Source of the DNA: Candidatus Bathyarchaeota archaeon
GTDB taxonomy: Archaea; Thermoproteota; Bathyarchaeia; Bathyarchaeales; Bathyarchaeaceae
Direction: 5' to 3'
Length of the DNA: 64,000 nt
Assembly: GCA_963697165.1 (NCBI GenBank)
Contig: CAVOMX010000001.1
Location: 15,994-79,993 of the forward strand
Below the pieces are notes generated by a model, which searched no databases, had not been told where the DNA came from, and saw only the letters and a program-made list of their open reading frames with translations. The position numbers and the translations under genes are program-made. Shown here piece by piece: positions 34,341 through 43,819 of this stretch. Within the stretch, counting starts at the first letter, position 1; each line of letters starts with the position of its first letter.

Positions 34341-34427
34341 TAGATGGAACAATGCTATTTTGAAATAAAAACCCTTTAGCATGAAATATTCCAAATTCAC
34401 TTAACAGTATGCTCTATTTCACGTTGG

Positions 34428-34453
34428 GTTAAATTTTAACTCCAAACCCAAAC
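34428..34453 (+). repeat. GTTAAATTTTAAC-CCAAACC repeat family
   Basis: Other copies at 56512-56538 (+), 53322-53349 (-), 43308-43334 (-). Confidence 0.6.
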
Positions 34454-34540
34454 AAGATAAGTGTGAGAGCAAGAATTTTAGGAAGTATATCGGATATCGA
34501 AATATAGTATAAATACATTTTTGATTATGTAATAGTTGTG

Positions 34541-34596
34541 GATGCGTGCATTTTTATTTCCTCAAGTGAGTTCACAAACTAATTTTGTGCGCATTC
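34541..34596 (+). repeat. TGCA-bounded hairpin element
   Basis: ATGCGTGCA...TGTGCGCAT; homologue at 38881-38939. Confidence 0.6.
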
Positions 34597-34800
34597 ACTC
34601 CAATCTCCGGATTATCTTTAGGTACGCAAATTCAAATCAAAACTGATTTTCTGCTTAACAAACACAACTTTAACAATTCGATAAAGACGCTACGAAAAAA
34701 CCACTCGAACAAGAAGAGAAAGATTTTGTGAAGTCTTGAAGTGTGAATCTGATCAGCTGATTATTAGTTTAGCGAATAAGTTACTAAATCTAGAATGATA

Positions 34801-34855
34801 GACTCCGTGAAGTCTAGATGTGTATTTTGTTAATATTTTGAATGTTTACAGAGTC
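34801..34855 (+). repeat. GACTCTTC-family hairpin element (long type)
   Basis: GACTCCGTgaagtctaga...aatattttgaatgtttACAGAGTC. Confidence 0.65.
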
Positions 34856-34954
34856 AAGGACGCTAGGGGTCTTAGCGCTTTGAGTATTTCTTTTAAGTTT
34901 TTGTTGTACTTCAATTACTAGGTATAATGTAAATAACGATGCCAGAACCTTGGA

Positions 34955-35413
34955 GTGTGTTTGTTATTGTGGAAAGAAGATGAAACGGAATTTGATTACA
35001 GGCTAAGGGGAAAAGCTTGGAAAGTTTATTGGTTACTCTTAAGAACTGGTCGTGAAATGAGTGTTCGAGAAATTGAGAAAGTTTTGCATTTTAGCAGCCC
35101 TAGTATAGCGCATCATCATCTTGAACAGTTATGTCAGTTAGGTTTAGTTGAAAAACAAAAAGTTGGAGGAAATTACAGATTAGTTAGTGAAGTAAAAATT
35201 GGTGTCCTTAGACATTTTGTCAAGTTGGGAAGGCTAATGTTTCCAAGGTATTTTTTTTATGCAGTTTTCTCTTCAGCATTCTATATAGCATATCTAATAT
35301 TATTAACAAAGAACATCACAACGGAAAGCCTGTTCATAATCTCTTTTGGAGCAATAGTATCGATAATATTTTGGTATGAGGCACTTAGATTTTGGCGTCT
35401 AAAACCTTTCTAG
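34955..35413 (+). CDS. HTH regulator with C-terminal TM helices
   Basis: SVREIEKVLHFSSPSIAHHHLEQL plus two TM segments. Confidence 0.8.
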   Translation: MCLLLWKEDETEFDYRLRGKAWKVYWLLLRTGREMSVREIEKVLHFSSPSIAHHHLEQLCQLGLVEKQKVGGNYRLVSEVKIGVLRHFVKLGRLMFPRYFFYAVFSSAFYIAYLILLTKNITTESLFIISFGAIVSIIFWYEALRFWRLKPF

Positions 35414-35496
35414 GGTCTTGTTCTAATTTCTAAAACAAATTGTTCCAAACATGGGGATAATATATCTATGATACTCATTTAATCATTTGTTTCAAT

Positions 35497-35886
35497 TTGC
35501 AAAGAGAAATCAAGAGGAAGACAATAACTTATGGTATAGGAGCACTCTTCTTAGCTTGATTATTAACAAGTGTAGTCTACAATTATGGTGTTCAAAATAG
35601 TGTTCCACTAGAACCAGCTGCGCTTCCAGTTTCAGTAAACTACTACCAAACGCTGGTTCCTGGAACATTTTGGCAGGGAGCATATATCTTTGATGTATCA
35701 TTGGATCAAGGATTCACACTAGAAGGCAACATCACCCATCGAAATCTATCAGACCAGTTTGATGGTGGCCTAGAAGTTAGGAGAATACTTTACATTGGCA
35801 ATGTGTTTTATACAGTTTCGGACAAGCTAGTGAAAATGAACAATATAGATTGCTTGGACTTTATTGACCAAGTAAAGCTTTCCTAA
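35497..35886 (+). pseudogene. Internally deleted secreted beta-propeller-type protein
   Basis: N-terminal anchor with in-frame TGA (35557) joined to FWQGAYIF...GNITH...RRILYIGNVFYTVS. Confidence 0.6.
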
Positions 35887-36558
35887 TCAAAATTTTTTTT
35901 ACTCCTAATTTAATAATGCATCTAATAGTGAATTTTTCCTACAAATCCGATAATATAAATTGATTATATTTTTCTTATGATCCTACTTGTTTGTGAATGA
36001 GAAACCGACAAGAATGTAAAAACTTGTAATAGATGTGAAGCTTACTGTAATAGATGTGAAGCTTACAAACGGATTAACTCCCTAGTAAATTAAGGTCTAT
36101 AACTTCATTAAAGAAGTGAGAAAATGATTTAGACTTAACCTTCAGAACATAAACTTGACCTTTTTGAACATTGGTTAATTGAGCCAAATTATTGATGGAA
36201 AATATTCTGTAGGGTATTTCAATTTTGATAATATGTTATTGCTGGAAATAAAGGGTATATTTCTTTCCATAGTTTAAGTTAGACAGGGTTTTAGAAGATT
36301 TAAGGAAGTTTCAGTAGGCACACCGAGATTTGGTGGTGTATGATGAAACATACGAGAGAGGAAAGAATTCGATGAAACTAGATTATTAATCAAAAAGGGT
36401 TTTCTTTGAGAAGACTAATGACTATATATTATGATGCTTTACGAAGATGCATGTATTACTTCCATTTTTAGATATAGTATTAATAGAGATACAATTAGTC
36501 TACAGTAACAATGTTGAAATATTTTCGAGGTGCGCTTTTTTATGACTGATGTGATATT

Positions 36559-36951
36559 TTGGAAAAAAAAGATAAAGACAGATTTGTTAGGCACTCGTCA
36601 GGTAATGATAAAGAATTTACTATTTTTGATGCCTTGCTAGAAAGTTTGGTTAAAAAAGAAGGAAAAGAATCTGCATTTTGTCGTTTGAAACGGCAACTTC
36701 GTTCGCCATGGAATATTGCTACTTTATCACTGATATTATTGGGATGGGCAACGTTAACTTGGGTTGGACAAATAATTTGGACTGACGTAAGTCTTTATGG
36801 AAAGGATATGGTCACCATTCTTTTAGGCTCACGGGTAGGTGAAAACATCAGTTTAGGCGTAGATATTAGAGTAATCTATTATTTAATAATCGGATCAATG
36901 TTGTTGTTTTCGAGTTTAACAATCAAATTAATAAAACGCAGATTTAATTAA
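36559..36951 (+). CDS. Membrane protein, paralogue of 62616-63224
   Basis: QIIWTD...GSRVGENISLG. Confidence 0.7.
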   Translation: MEKKDKDRFVRHSSGNDKEFTIFDALLESLVKKEGKESAFCRLKRQLRSPWNIATLSLILLGWATLTWVGQIIWTDVSLYGKDMVTILLGSRVGENISLGVDIRVIYYLIIGSMLLFSSLTIKLIKRRFN

Positions 36952-36960
36952 AAATTAGCA

Positions 36961-37124
36961 CTCTTCGTGTAATCGAAGAGGTCTTGTTTGTTTGTTCACA
37001 TTTAATTGGTTTCTAGGTAATTGAAGTTATTATGAAGAGTCTTTGACCTATTTGTGAGGAATAATATTTTTCGTTACAAATGGGTCGAAAGTTTATTATT
37101 AGATTTGATGGTTTACGAAGAGTC
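36961..37124 (+). repeat. Cluster of GACTCTTC-family arms
   Basis: Mini-hairpin CTCTTCG-tgtaat-CGAAGAG (36961); arms at 37032 and 37115 with a spacer homologous to 49178-49274. Confidence 0.7.
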
Positions 37125-37136
37125 CGTAGTTAGAGT

Positions 37137-38327
37137 CTAATGAGGATGTGTATCAGATTGCGAGTCTTGAAAAGTCTCCATTTTTGGAGTTTCGTTTCCT
37201 CGAGTTGCGAAACTCACGATGAGAAGAATAATTAAAGAGAAAAGCACTATTGCCCCCATCATCAACCATTGAGAGGAAATGATTATGATTTTAGATATGT
37301 TGCTATCTGAGCCAATGTAATCAGCATCTCCTGACCAGTTGGCTCTTATAGAATATATTCCTCCAGGTGGAGAATTCCATGTGTGAAAAAAATGTCCATC
37401 AGAGTTGGTTTCAACGATTGCAAGTTTGTTTAGTTCAGAACCATATGAACTTATGTATAATGTGATATTTTCTCCGGCCAAAGAGGGAGACAGGGATCCC
37501 ATGATCTGAATGTCGTTTTTGGCAATTGCGAATTCTGTTGAGACGGTCAAGAATAAGGAGGAATATTTAGGTGAATTATAGCTTGATGAAACTTGATTGG
37601 GAGATCTAATTTCATCAAGTTCATCTAATGGGATTATTCGTGCTGTTGCTCCTTTAATTATGTCTGGGCACTCACCTACGCGCCATCCATTTTCAAAATT
37701 TCCAGTGCACTCAGCTATGAAGTAGCGTTTTTCTTCATGTGTAAAATAGGAGATTTCGGTTCTTGTGTCCTTTGGTGTTTGGGGTAGGTTTACTCCTACG
37801 GTCATGTGTTCTTGTTCTTCGAATAATAATAAAGTTACATCTAGTCCGCCTGCTTTCATTATTGAGGCTGCTAGAAAGGAGAATAGATCGCAATCTCCTT
37901 CATTTTCTGATATGGTTTCAATTGGATATTTTTGGGGAATGCTTTCTTGGTATGGAATTTGGTGTGTGATCATGAGTACTCCATTAGCGAAATCTTCGGG
38001 GTTGTTATAGATTGACCATAGGTCTTTTGCTATTGGTTCTAGAGGCGATGGGGTTACAAATTTTGCCAAATCATAGTTGTTATATAATTGGTGGTTTTTG
38101 GTTTGGTAATATTGGTAGAGGGTTTGAGTTACGGATATTGTTAGTTGATATGTTTTGGAGCCGTCGGGTTGGTTTTGTAGGATAAATGTTTGTTCGCTTG
38201 TTTGTGCTAGGCATGTGTTTGAAAGAAGTAAGATCAGAATGAGAAGTATTGATATAGTAAGTAACTTTTGATTTAGTGCTAGTGATGAGAATCGCTTAAT
38301 TGTTCTTTTTGTAAGAAAATGTGGCAT
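37137..38327 (-). CDS. Membrane-anchored transglutaminase-like protein with Ig-like domain
   Basis: Signal/TM, EGDCD..H..ECT triad-like residues, YSIRANWSGD, C-terminal TM. Confidence 0.7.
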   Translation of the reverse strand: MPHFLTKRTIKRFSSLALNQKLLTISILLILILLLSNTCLAQTSEQTFILQNQPDGSKTYQLTISVTQTLYQYYQTKNHQLYNNYDLAKFVTPSPLEPIAKDLWSIYNNPEDFANGVLMITHQIPYQESIPQKYPIETISENEGDCDLFSFLAASIMKAGGLDVTLLLFEEQEHMTVGVNLPQTPKDTRTEISYFTHEEKRYFIAECTGNFENGWRVGECPDIIKGATARIIPLDELDEIRSPNQVSSSYNSPKYSSLFLTVSTEFAIAKNDIQIMGSLSPSLAGENITLYISSYGSELNKLAIVETNSDGHFFHTWNSPPGGIYSIRANWSGDADYIGSDSNISKIIIISSQWLMMGAIVLFSLIILLIVSFATRGNETPKMETFQDSQSDTHPH

Positions 38328-38710
38328 TGATCATCAGATATATTGACGATAAATGATGTATTAAATATTATGTCACATGAAACTTGATATATAGTTAAGT
38401 TGTCTGCACGTTATCCAAAAACGTAACATGTCAAGTAAAATGATGAAGCAATAAAAAAGCTGTAGAAAAAATCGTAGAAAAGTATGAAAATGGAACAGAG
38501 AAGTTGACTTGTGAGGAAGTCAAACCTAAAAGGACCGTTGTTAAAATAAATTTATGACATGGAGCAAGGCAACCCTATTGGCTAATAAATTATTAATAAG
38601 GAGACCATTCGCAAATGACTAGTTTAGAAGCGTATATTGAAAGGTAAATTTTCGCACATTTAGAAAGAGCTGGAAAAGTTATTGGAGTGCATACTAGATT
38701 CCAAGTATTC

Positions 38711-38770
38711 ACTCTTCGTAAATTCTAGATATGTGAATCTTGATAATATTTTGAAGGTGTACAAAGAGGT
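38711..38770 (+). repeat. GACTCTTC-family hairpin element (long type)
   Basis: ACTCTTCGTaaattctaga...gataatattttgaaggtgtACAAAGAGGT. Confidence 0.7.
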
Positions 38771-39158
38771 TAGGTTATGATTAACTATTTTTGGAACTTA
38801 TGTTGGGTTGTAATTGTTAAATTTGGGTCACAGGTCCTTTATGATAAGTTTTCTTGGTCTATTTATGATGTCTAAATACTGGATTTGTGCATTTTTATTT
38901 CCTTTATTTAAGTTCACGAGCTAATTTTTTGCATATCCAAATTAGAATATAAAGATTGATTGCAATTTTTTTTTCTTGATTACTATTTCTTTGATTGTGG
39001 GTCCGTTGTTTTTTTGTGGTTTCTGATCAGGTCATTAGTAATGGTTGTGTTGATGATTTTTTTCCGTGTGGTGGTGATTAGAATCGCTTTTTTTGGTAGG
39101 TTTTTGGATATGTTTTTGAGGTTGTTTGGTAGATTATTTATTTGGAAGGATAGGGGTT

Positions 39159-39671
39159 ATGAATGTTTTTGAGGCGATTAGGAAGAGAAGTAGTGTACGC
39201 AATTTTTTGGATAAATCAATAGAAGAGGAGGTTTTGATGTCTGTTTTGGAGGCGGGTAGGGTTGCGCCTTCTGCGAAAAATCGTCAGGAGTGGAGGTTTA
39301 TTGTTGTTAAGGATTCGGAGCTTAGGAAGAGAATTGGTGAGGCGGCTAATGGGCAGAGTTTTGTTGGAAAAGCGCCTGTAGTTATTGTTGCGTGTGCTGT
39401 TACTGATGGGTATGTTATGAGTTGTGGGCAACCAAGTTATCCTATAGATGTAGCTATTGCTTTAGATCATATTTCTTTGGCTGCTGTAGAATGTGGTTTA
39501 GGTACTTGCTGGATTGGAGCCTTCAATGAAGCGAAGGTTAAGGATATTTTGGGAATTCCAAAAGATGTCAGGGTTGTGGAGTTAATGCCAATTGGCTATC
39601 CAGCCCTTCAGACCATGAAAGAGAAAAATCGACTACACATAAGCAAAATTGTGCAACGCGATCATTGGTAA
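39159..39671 (+). CDS. Nitroreductase family protein
   Basis: RSSVRNF, APSAKNRQEW, GLGTCWIG, PIGYP. Confidence 0.92.
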   Translation: MNVFEAIRKRSSVRNFLDKSIEEEVLMSVLEAGRVAPSAKNRQEWRFIVVKDSELRKRIGEAANGQSFVGKAPVVIVACAVTDGYVMSCGQPSYPIDVAIALDHISLAAVECGLGTCWIGAFNEAKVKDILGIPKDVRVVELMPIGYPALQTMKEKNRLHISKIVQRDHW

Positions 39672-39749
39672 AAAAAGAGAGCTGATCTATTTTTCAAATT
39701 CATAACTCTTTTACTTTTAGCAGAAAGATTAGTTAATTAGTGGAGTAAT

Positions 39750-40280
39750 ATGCAGATATTGGGATTATTACTAATTCTAATAAGCGTGGGTTCCATCGCA
39801 GTCCCAGTCGTAGGGGTAGTGATAATTTACTCAGATGATTTGAGTCAATTAATTATTCCTTCAGAATTAGAAGAAGTATTATCAGAAACCATGAACACCG
39901 ATGAATCCTTAGAACTCCCGGTTTATGTTAGTTCATCATATGATATATCCTCCCGGACTGTTCAAGCAATTTTCAAGTTTACAAATCCCTTCGAGTTTAT
40001 TATTACATTAAACTTTTTATCTTCAGATCTCGAATGCACTGGTCATCAATTCTCACTTGGAAGTGCTTCTCTTAACAATGAAGTGCAGATAAATGGTGGA
40101 GCAACAGAGGACATCATCATAAATTTCGTGTGGACCGAAGCTGCTGAAGACCACTTTTTAGATGAACATGCAGATGAATCAACCATTGAAATACAACTGA
40201 TGAACATGCAATTAGACGTTAGCGGAATTAGTATCGGAGTACCTGAAGAAGTAATATTAGATCTGCCTCTACCGCAATAG
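39750..40280 (+). CDS. Membrane-anchored hypothetical protein
   Basis: N-terminal TM, acidic beta-rich domain. Confidence 0.7.
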   Translation: MQILGLLLILISVGSIAVPVVGVVIIYSDDLSQLIIPSELEEVLSETMNTDESLELPVYVSSSYDISSRTVQAIFKFTNPFEFIITLNFLSSDLECTGHQFSLGSASLNNEVQINGGATEDIIINFVWTEAAEDHFLDEHADESTIEIQLMNMQLDVSGISIGVPEEVILDLPLPQ

Positions 40281-40292
40281 GAAGGTGAAAAG

Positions 40293-40853
40293 ATGGGGAC
40301 AAAAATAAATTGGTTTGGTCTTGCAGGTGGAATAACGACAGTTGCAGTAGTCATCATTTCAATCTTTGTTCCATGGTGGCAGCTAATAGTTGGAAACAAT
40401 CTTGTTATAACAAGCGCGTCTCCTGTAAATACGTCCTTCAACTTTGTAGGTAATCATTTTAGTATTCCATTGATATTGGCGCTAAATATTGCTAGCTTTG
40501 TTTCATTAACTGCTGGTGGGATAGCAATGCTGATCTACTCTGTAAAACCTGATAAATCTTATTCTAAGCGACTTCTTGGGTTTTCTTATAAAAAGCCATT
40601 GTATTCTGTGCTGCTTTTTGTTGTTGGCTTGTTTTTGACTGCCTTTCTTGTTAAATCATTGTTTAGTTTTGATGTCCCATTGATTGGTTCAACAATATCT
40701 ACGCTGCCGTCAGACATGACGTCCGGGTTAGTAATCAGAGTTCTAATGTTGGCAGAGTTTCAATGGCCCTTCTATATGGCAGCAATAGCAACAGGGCTTT
40801 GCATAGCTGCAAGATTCTATCAAAATAAATTAGTCCCAACAGAGCCTCTATAG
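40293..40853 (+). CDS. Multi-TM membrane protein
   Basis: About 4 TM segments, GGTGA RBS. Confidence 0.75.
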   Translation: MGTKINWFGLAGGITTVAVVIISIFVPWWQLIVGNNLVITSASPVNTSFNFVGNHFSIPLILALNIASFVSLTAGGIAMLIYSVKPDKSYSKRLLGFSYKKPLYSVLLFVVGLFLTAFLVKSLFSFDVPLIGSTISTLPSDMTSGLVIRVLMLAEFQWPFYMAAIATGLCIAARFYQNKLVPTEPL

Positions 40854-40958
40854 TATAGAAGCATGCAAATATGGGCGCGAGCATAGGCTCTTATTGGTAC
40901 TGTTTTTGCTTTCAAGTGTTAAATTTTGTTTTCGATGATGTTTTTGGGATTATGCGGT

Positions 40959-41016
40959 GGCAGTATAAGGCTTCTTTGTTTCTGATGGTGGTAAGTCAGA
41001 CTGTTTTTTGGGTTTG
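40959..41016 (+). repeat. GGCAGTATAAGG...TCTGA/TCAGA-CTGT repeat family
   Basis: Other copies at 62483-62540 and 21073-21128. Confidence 0.7.
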
Positions 41017-41093
41017 GGTTTTTTGATATATGTAATTTTTTGGAGTATGGTTAATATTTAATCGTATGATACAGTATAAAATGTGGTATTACG

Positions 41094-41192
41094 ATGTTAC
41101 CTAATAAAGTTAAGAAGGAAAATGGGAAAGGAAAACTGGTTAGATGGGATCCGATCACTGTTAGATTAGAAGAGAAAAAATTGATAACGTAA
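41094..41192 (+). CDS. 32-aa microprotein MLPNKVKKENGKGKLVRWDPITVRLEEKKLIT
   Basis: Same-length paralogue at 62307-62405 with conserved upstream region. Confidence 0.65.
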   Translation: MLPNKVKKENGKGKLVRWDPITVRLEEKKLIT

Positions 41193-41305
41193 TTCTATTT
41201 GTTCTATTTGTTTGTTTTTTGATTATTGATGATTGAATTTCTTTTAGGGCTTTATTCGTTGAACAATTATTTTTGATTTTTTGAGCTGATTTTCACCAAA
41301 ATCCT

Positions 41306-41672
41306 ATGAAGTTGACACAAATTGGTCATGCGGTTGAACTGTACAATTCCTTTCTAGTAGGGCATCTGGGCTTTCTTTATGATCGTGACCTCGTAGGAGA
41401 ACAATACTTGGGCGAGGATGAAAAGGATTATTTTGTGACTAATAGGGGTTTATCCGTGCTTAAGGTAATGGGTCCGTTAGTTAGAGAGGCACAAAGGATT
41501 GAAGGGCACAACTTGGAAAGAATTTCAAGTGCTCTTTCAGGAGTAACTCCAGTTCTGGAAAAGTAGAAGAAAAAAACCAATATGGAAGCTCTCCAATTTC
41601 ATAAAAGAGAAAAGACCAAAATGGAATCTTTCTGATTTCATAAAAATCGAGATAGAAAAAATAGAAGAATAG
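41306..41672 (+). pseudogene. 5'-truncated, frameshifted paralogue of the wHTH regulator at 55958
   Basis: LGFLYDRDLVGEQ...YFVTNRGLSVLKVMGP...NLERISSAL. Confidence 0.7.
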
Positions 41673-41867
41673 GAAATCCAGAAATCTATTCTGCAATTTG
41701 TTCTAGTGATTTTTTGTTTAGTTTGTTGAATATTTGGGTTAGTGTTTGAGTTAGACCCAAAAGATCTCAGAGAAATACGTTCATATGTTCAGAAAAGTTA
41801 TGAACGAGCAATAACTTCTGGGAATTAGCTCCAAACATTCAAAAAAGGGGAGACGAAAAAAGATAGC

Positions 41868-42074
41868 CTATTGTTCTAACACTTGCCGTAGAATCTCTTG
41901 TATATTGAAATAAACGTCAAAACAGCATTTGCAATCAACGGGAAACCCATGGCAATAGTCCCATGACCTGCATAGAGCCTTGGCGAAGGCACACCAATCT
42001 TCCTTACCTGCCTTTTTGATTAAATGTTGTCTAGCACGTCTTTTCCATGATTCCCGAAATTTACGATAGACCAT
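41868..42074 (-). CDS. 68-aa Cys-rich protein
   Basis: Paralogue at 52445-52651; GGAGTGA RBS-like sequence. Confidence 0.7.
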   Translation of the reverse strand: MVYRKFRESWKRRARQHLIKKAGKEDWCAFAKALCRSWDYCHGFPVDCKCCFDVYFNIQEILRQVLEQ

Positions 42075-42165
42075 ATTTCACTCCACTATTTCGCTTATCT
42101 TGGTCAGCTCATTTTGTAATTTGTTGCCTGTTCTCTCTCCTCAAAGTCTTTTTCAAGATTAAGTT

Positions 42166-42345
42166 TTATCTATCGATCCTATGATGTTGCTGTGTCTTTG
42201 CCAATGTCCGGTCTATTTTTCTGATTAAGCGCCAATGCCAAATCCAATGTCTAAACCTTCGATACCAGAAGATAAATGGTGTTTCTAAGACAAAAAGGAC
42301 AATAATAGTGAAAAAGATTGGGAGAATAAATGCAATTGTTATCAT
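42166..42345 (-). CDS. Small TM protein (59 aa, possibly frameshifted)
   Basis: MITIAFILPIFFTIIVLFVLETPFIFWYRRF... Confidence 0.4.
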   Translation of the reverse strand: MITIAFILPIFFTIIVLFVLETPFIFWYRRFRHWIWHWRLIRKIDRTLAKTQQHHRIDR

Positions 42346-42644
42346 GTAATCTCCATCGCAACAAAAGATGATTGCCCCCTTAAAAACAACTTTTCGAGTT
42401 AAACAATAATTGAAAAATGGTTATATTTCATTTTTCTTAATATATTAATTCCTTAACCTCACACGGAACACATATTTCGCCCATAAGTGTGGCTAGTTTT
42501 TCGCGAATGTATTCTCCTTAGAAATTTTATTGGATCGAAATAGAGATTAAAAAAGTTGTGCTAAGATTTTGAAAAAATGATACCTTTCAAGGTTGGGTAG
42601 ATACTAAAATCGTTAATGAAAGATGCAAAGAGACGGGACGGGTG

Positions 42645-42730
42645 GACTCTTCTTGGAATCATAGATGTAATATTTTTATTATTTTTTGAGAGTTTATGAA
42701 GAGTCTAGTGGGGGGGATTGATTCTTCGTG
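42645..42730 (+). repeat. GACTCTTC-family hairpin plus further left arm
   Basis: GACTCTTCTT (42645)...ATGAAGAGTC (42696); GATTCTTCGTG (42720). Confidence 0.75.
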
Positions 42731-42763
42731 GAAGCTTAAAGATGCATGATTTTTGGTTTAGTC

Positions 42764-42895
42764 TTAGACGCATCCGCCACAGTTTACGCATCCGCCCATG
42801 ATTCCTCTGCACCATATTGGAAGATAATCTCTTTTGTATGGTTCAGTTGGTTGTTGTGGATATTTTGGTTTTTTGGGGGATTGAATTTTTGGCAT
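42764..42895 (-). CDS. 43-aa Cys-rich peptide, copy 1
   Basis: MPKIQSPKKPKYPQQPTEPYKRDYLPIWCRGIMGGCVNCGGCV*. Confidence 0.8.
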   Translation of the reverse strand: MPKIQSPKKPKYPQQPTEPYKRDYLPIWCRGIMGGCVNCGGCV

Positions 42896-43819
42896 CTTAC
42901 ATTCCTATGCACCATAATGTTTTAGGTAATGCTAGAACTTATCACCTAGAATTATTGACTAAAATAGATGTTGGTTACAAAATAAGTTACTAAAAAATTT
43001 GCGCATTTGGATGCTCAGGGAGGACTGAAACTCTGCCAGAGTTCTCAATCGCTGCTAGAGCGCCCAAGAAGCCACTAAAAGGCTCAAACGCTTTTCGAAG
43101 AATTCAAAGCTCATCAAACAGCTTAGAATACTGTGCCTCAAGGTTTCCTTTAATTGATTATGCTTTCGCATGTTTATGAGCACTCTCTCAACCAAACCAT
43201 CAACATGCTAACACTTGTTTTCCCCGTTATTTCTGAGAGGATCTAATTGACATGAAATATCAGCAACTGTTCAATTGTTCACGCATTCTTCTATGAGTAA
43301 AAAATAAGTTTGGGTTTGGTGTAAAAAATTAACCCTTATGCCTAACCCATTCAATTATTTGGTTTACTCTCGCAAAAAAGAAGCAAATGGAATATTATCC
43401 AGGATGAATCTATTTTGTAGTCAACTGTGAAGGCAATGTAGCCAACTAACTCGGTGTCATGGGCGCCATCAGACAGAGCTTGCACAGTCACCAGTTAATT
43501 AATTTGAATCTTAAATCCCATATTAATTACATTAGCGATTCTGAGGCCAGGAGTTTTAGATCTTTGAAGGATTTATACCATTAGACTGAGGAAAAATTGG
43601 CTTCCTGCTAGAAATGGAGTTGGAAATTTTTCTTGAGTAAAGTGCTTGTGTTTCCTGGATTTAGTTCTGAAGGACTAGTTACGCCTAATTTTATTAATCG
43701 GGTTTGAACTAAATTACCCAATAAATTACCCAGTTTAATCCCCTCCATTCTCCTTTTTCATAAAAACAGGATTGTAATCACTACGATTTACAAAAAAGGA
43801 AAAAAGGTGGGGTTGTGGT

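Noticed and set aside
35557..35559. In-frame TGA as selenocysteine
   Set aside because: Lies in a TM segment of an internally deleted gene; no redox motif or recognisable SECIS
36025..36066. Perfect 21-bp tandem duplication that would encode CNRCEAY twice
   Set aside because: Only two units and the frame is closed by TGA upstream; probably a local slippage duplication
43400..43750. Possible integrase or transposase remnant beside the GC-richer gene
   Set aside because: Minus-strand frames I translated are interrupted and show no recognisable recombinase motifs
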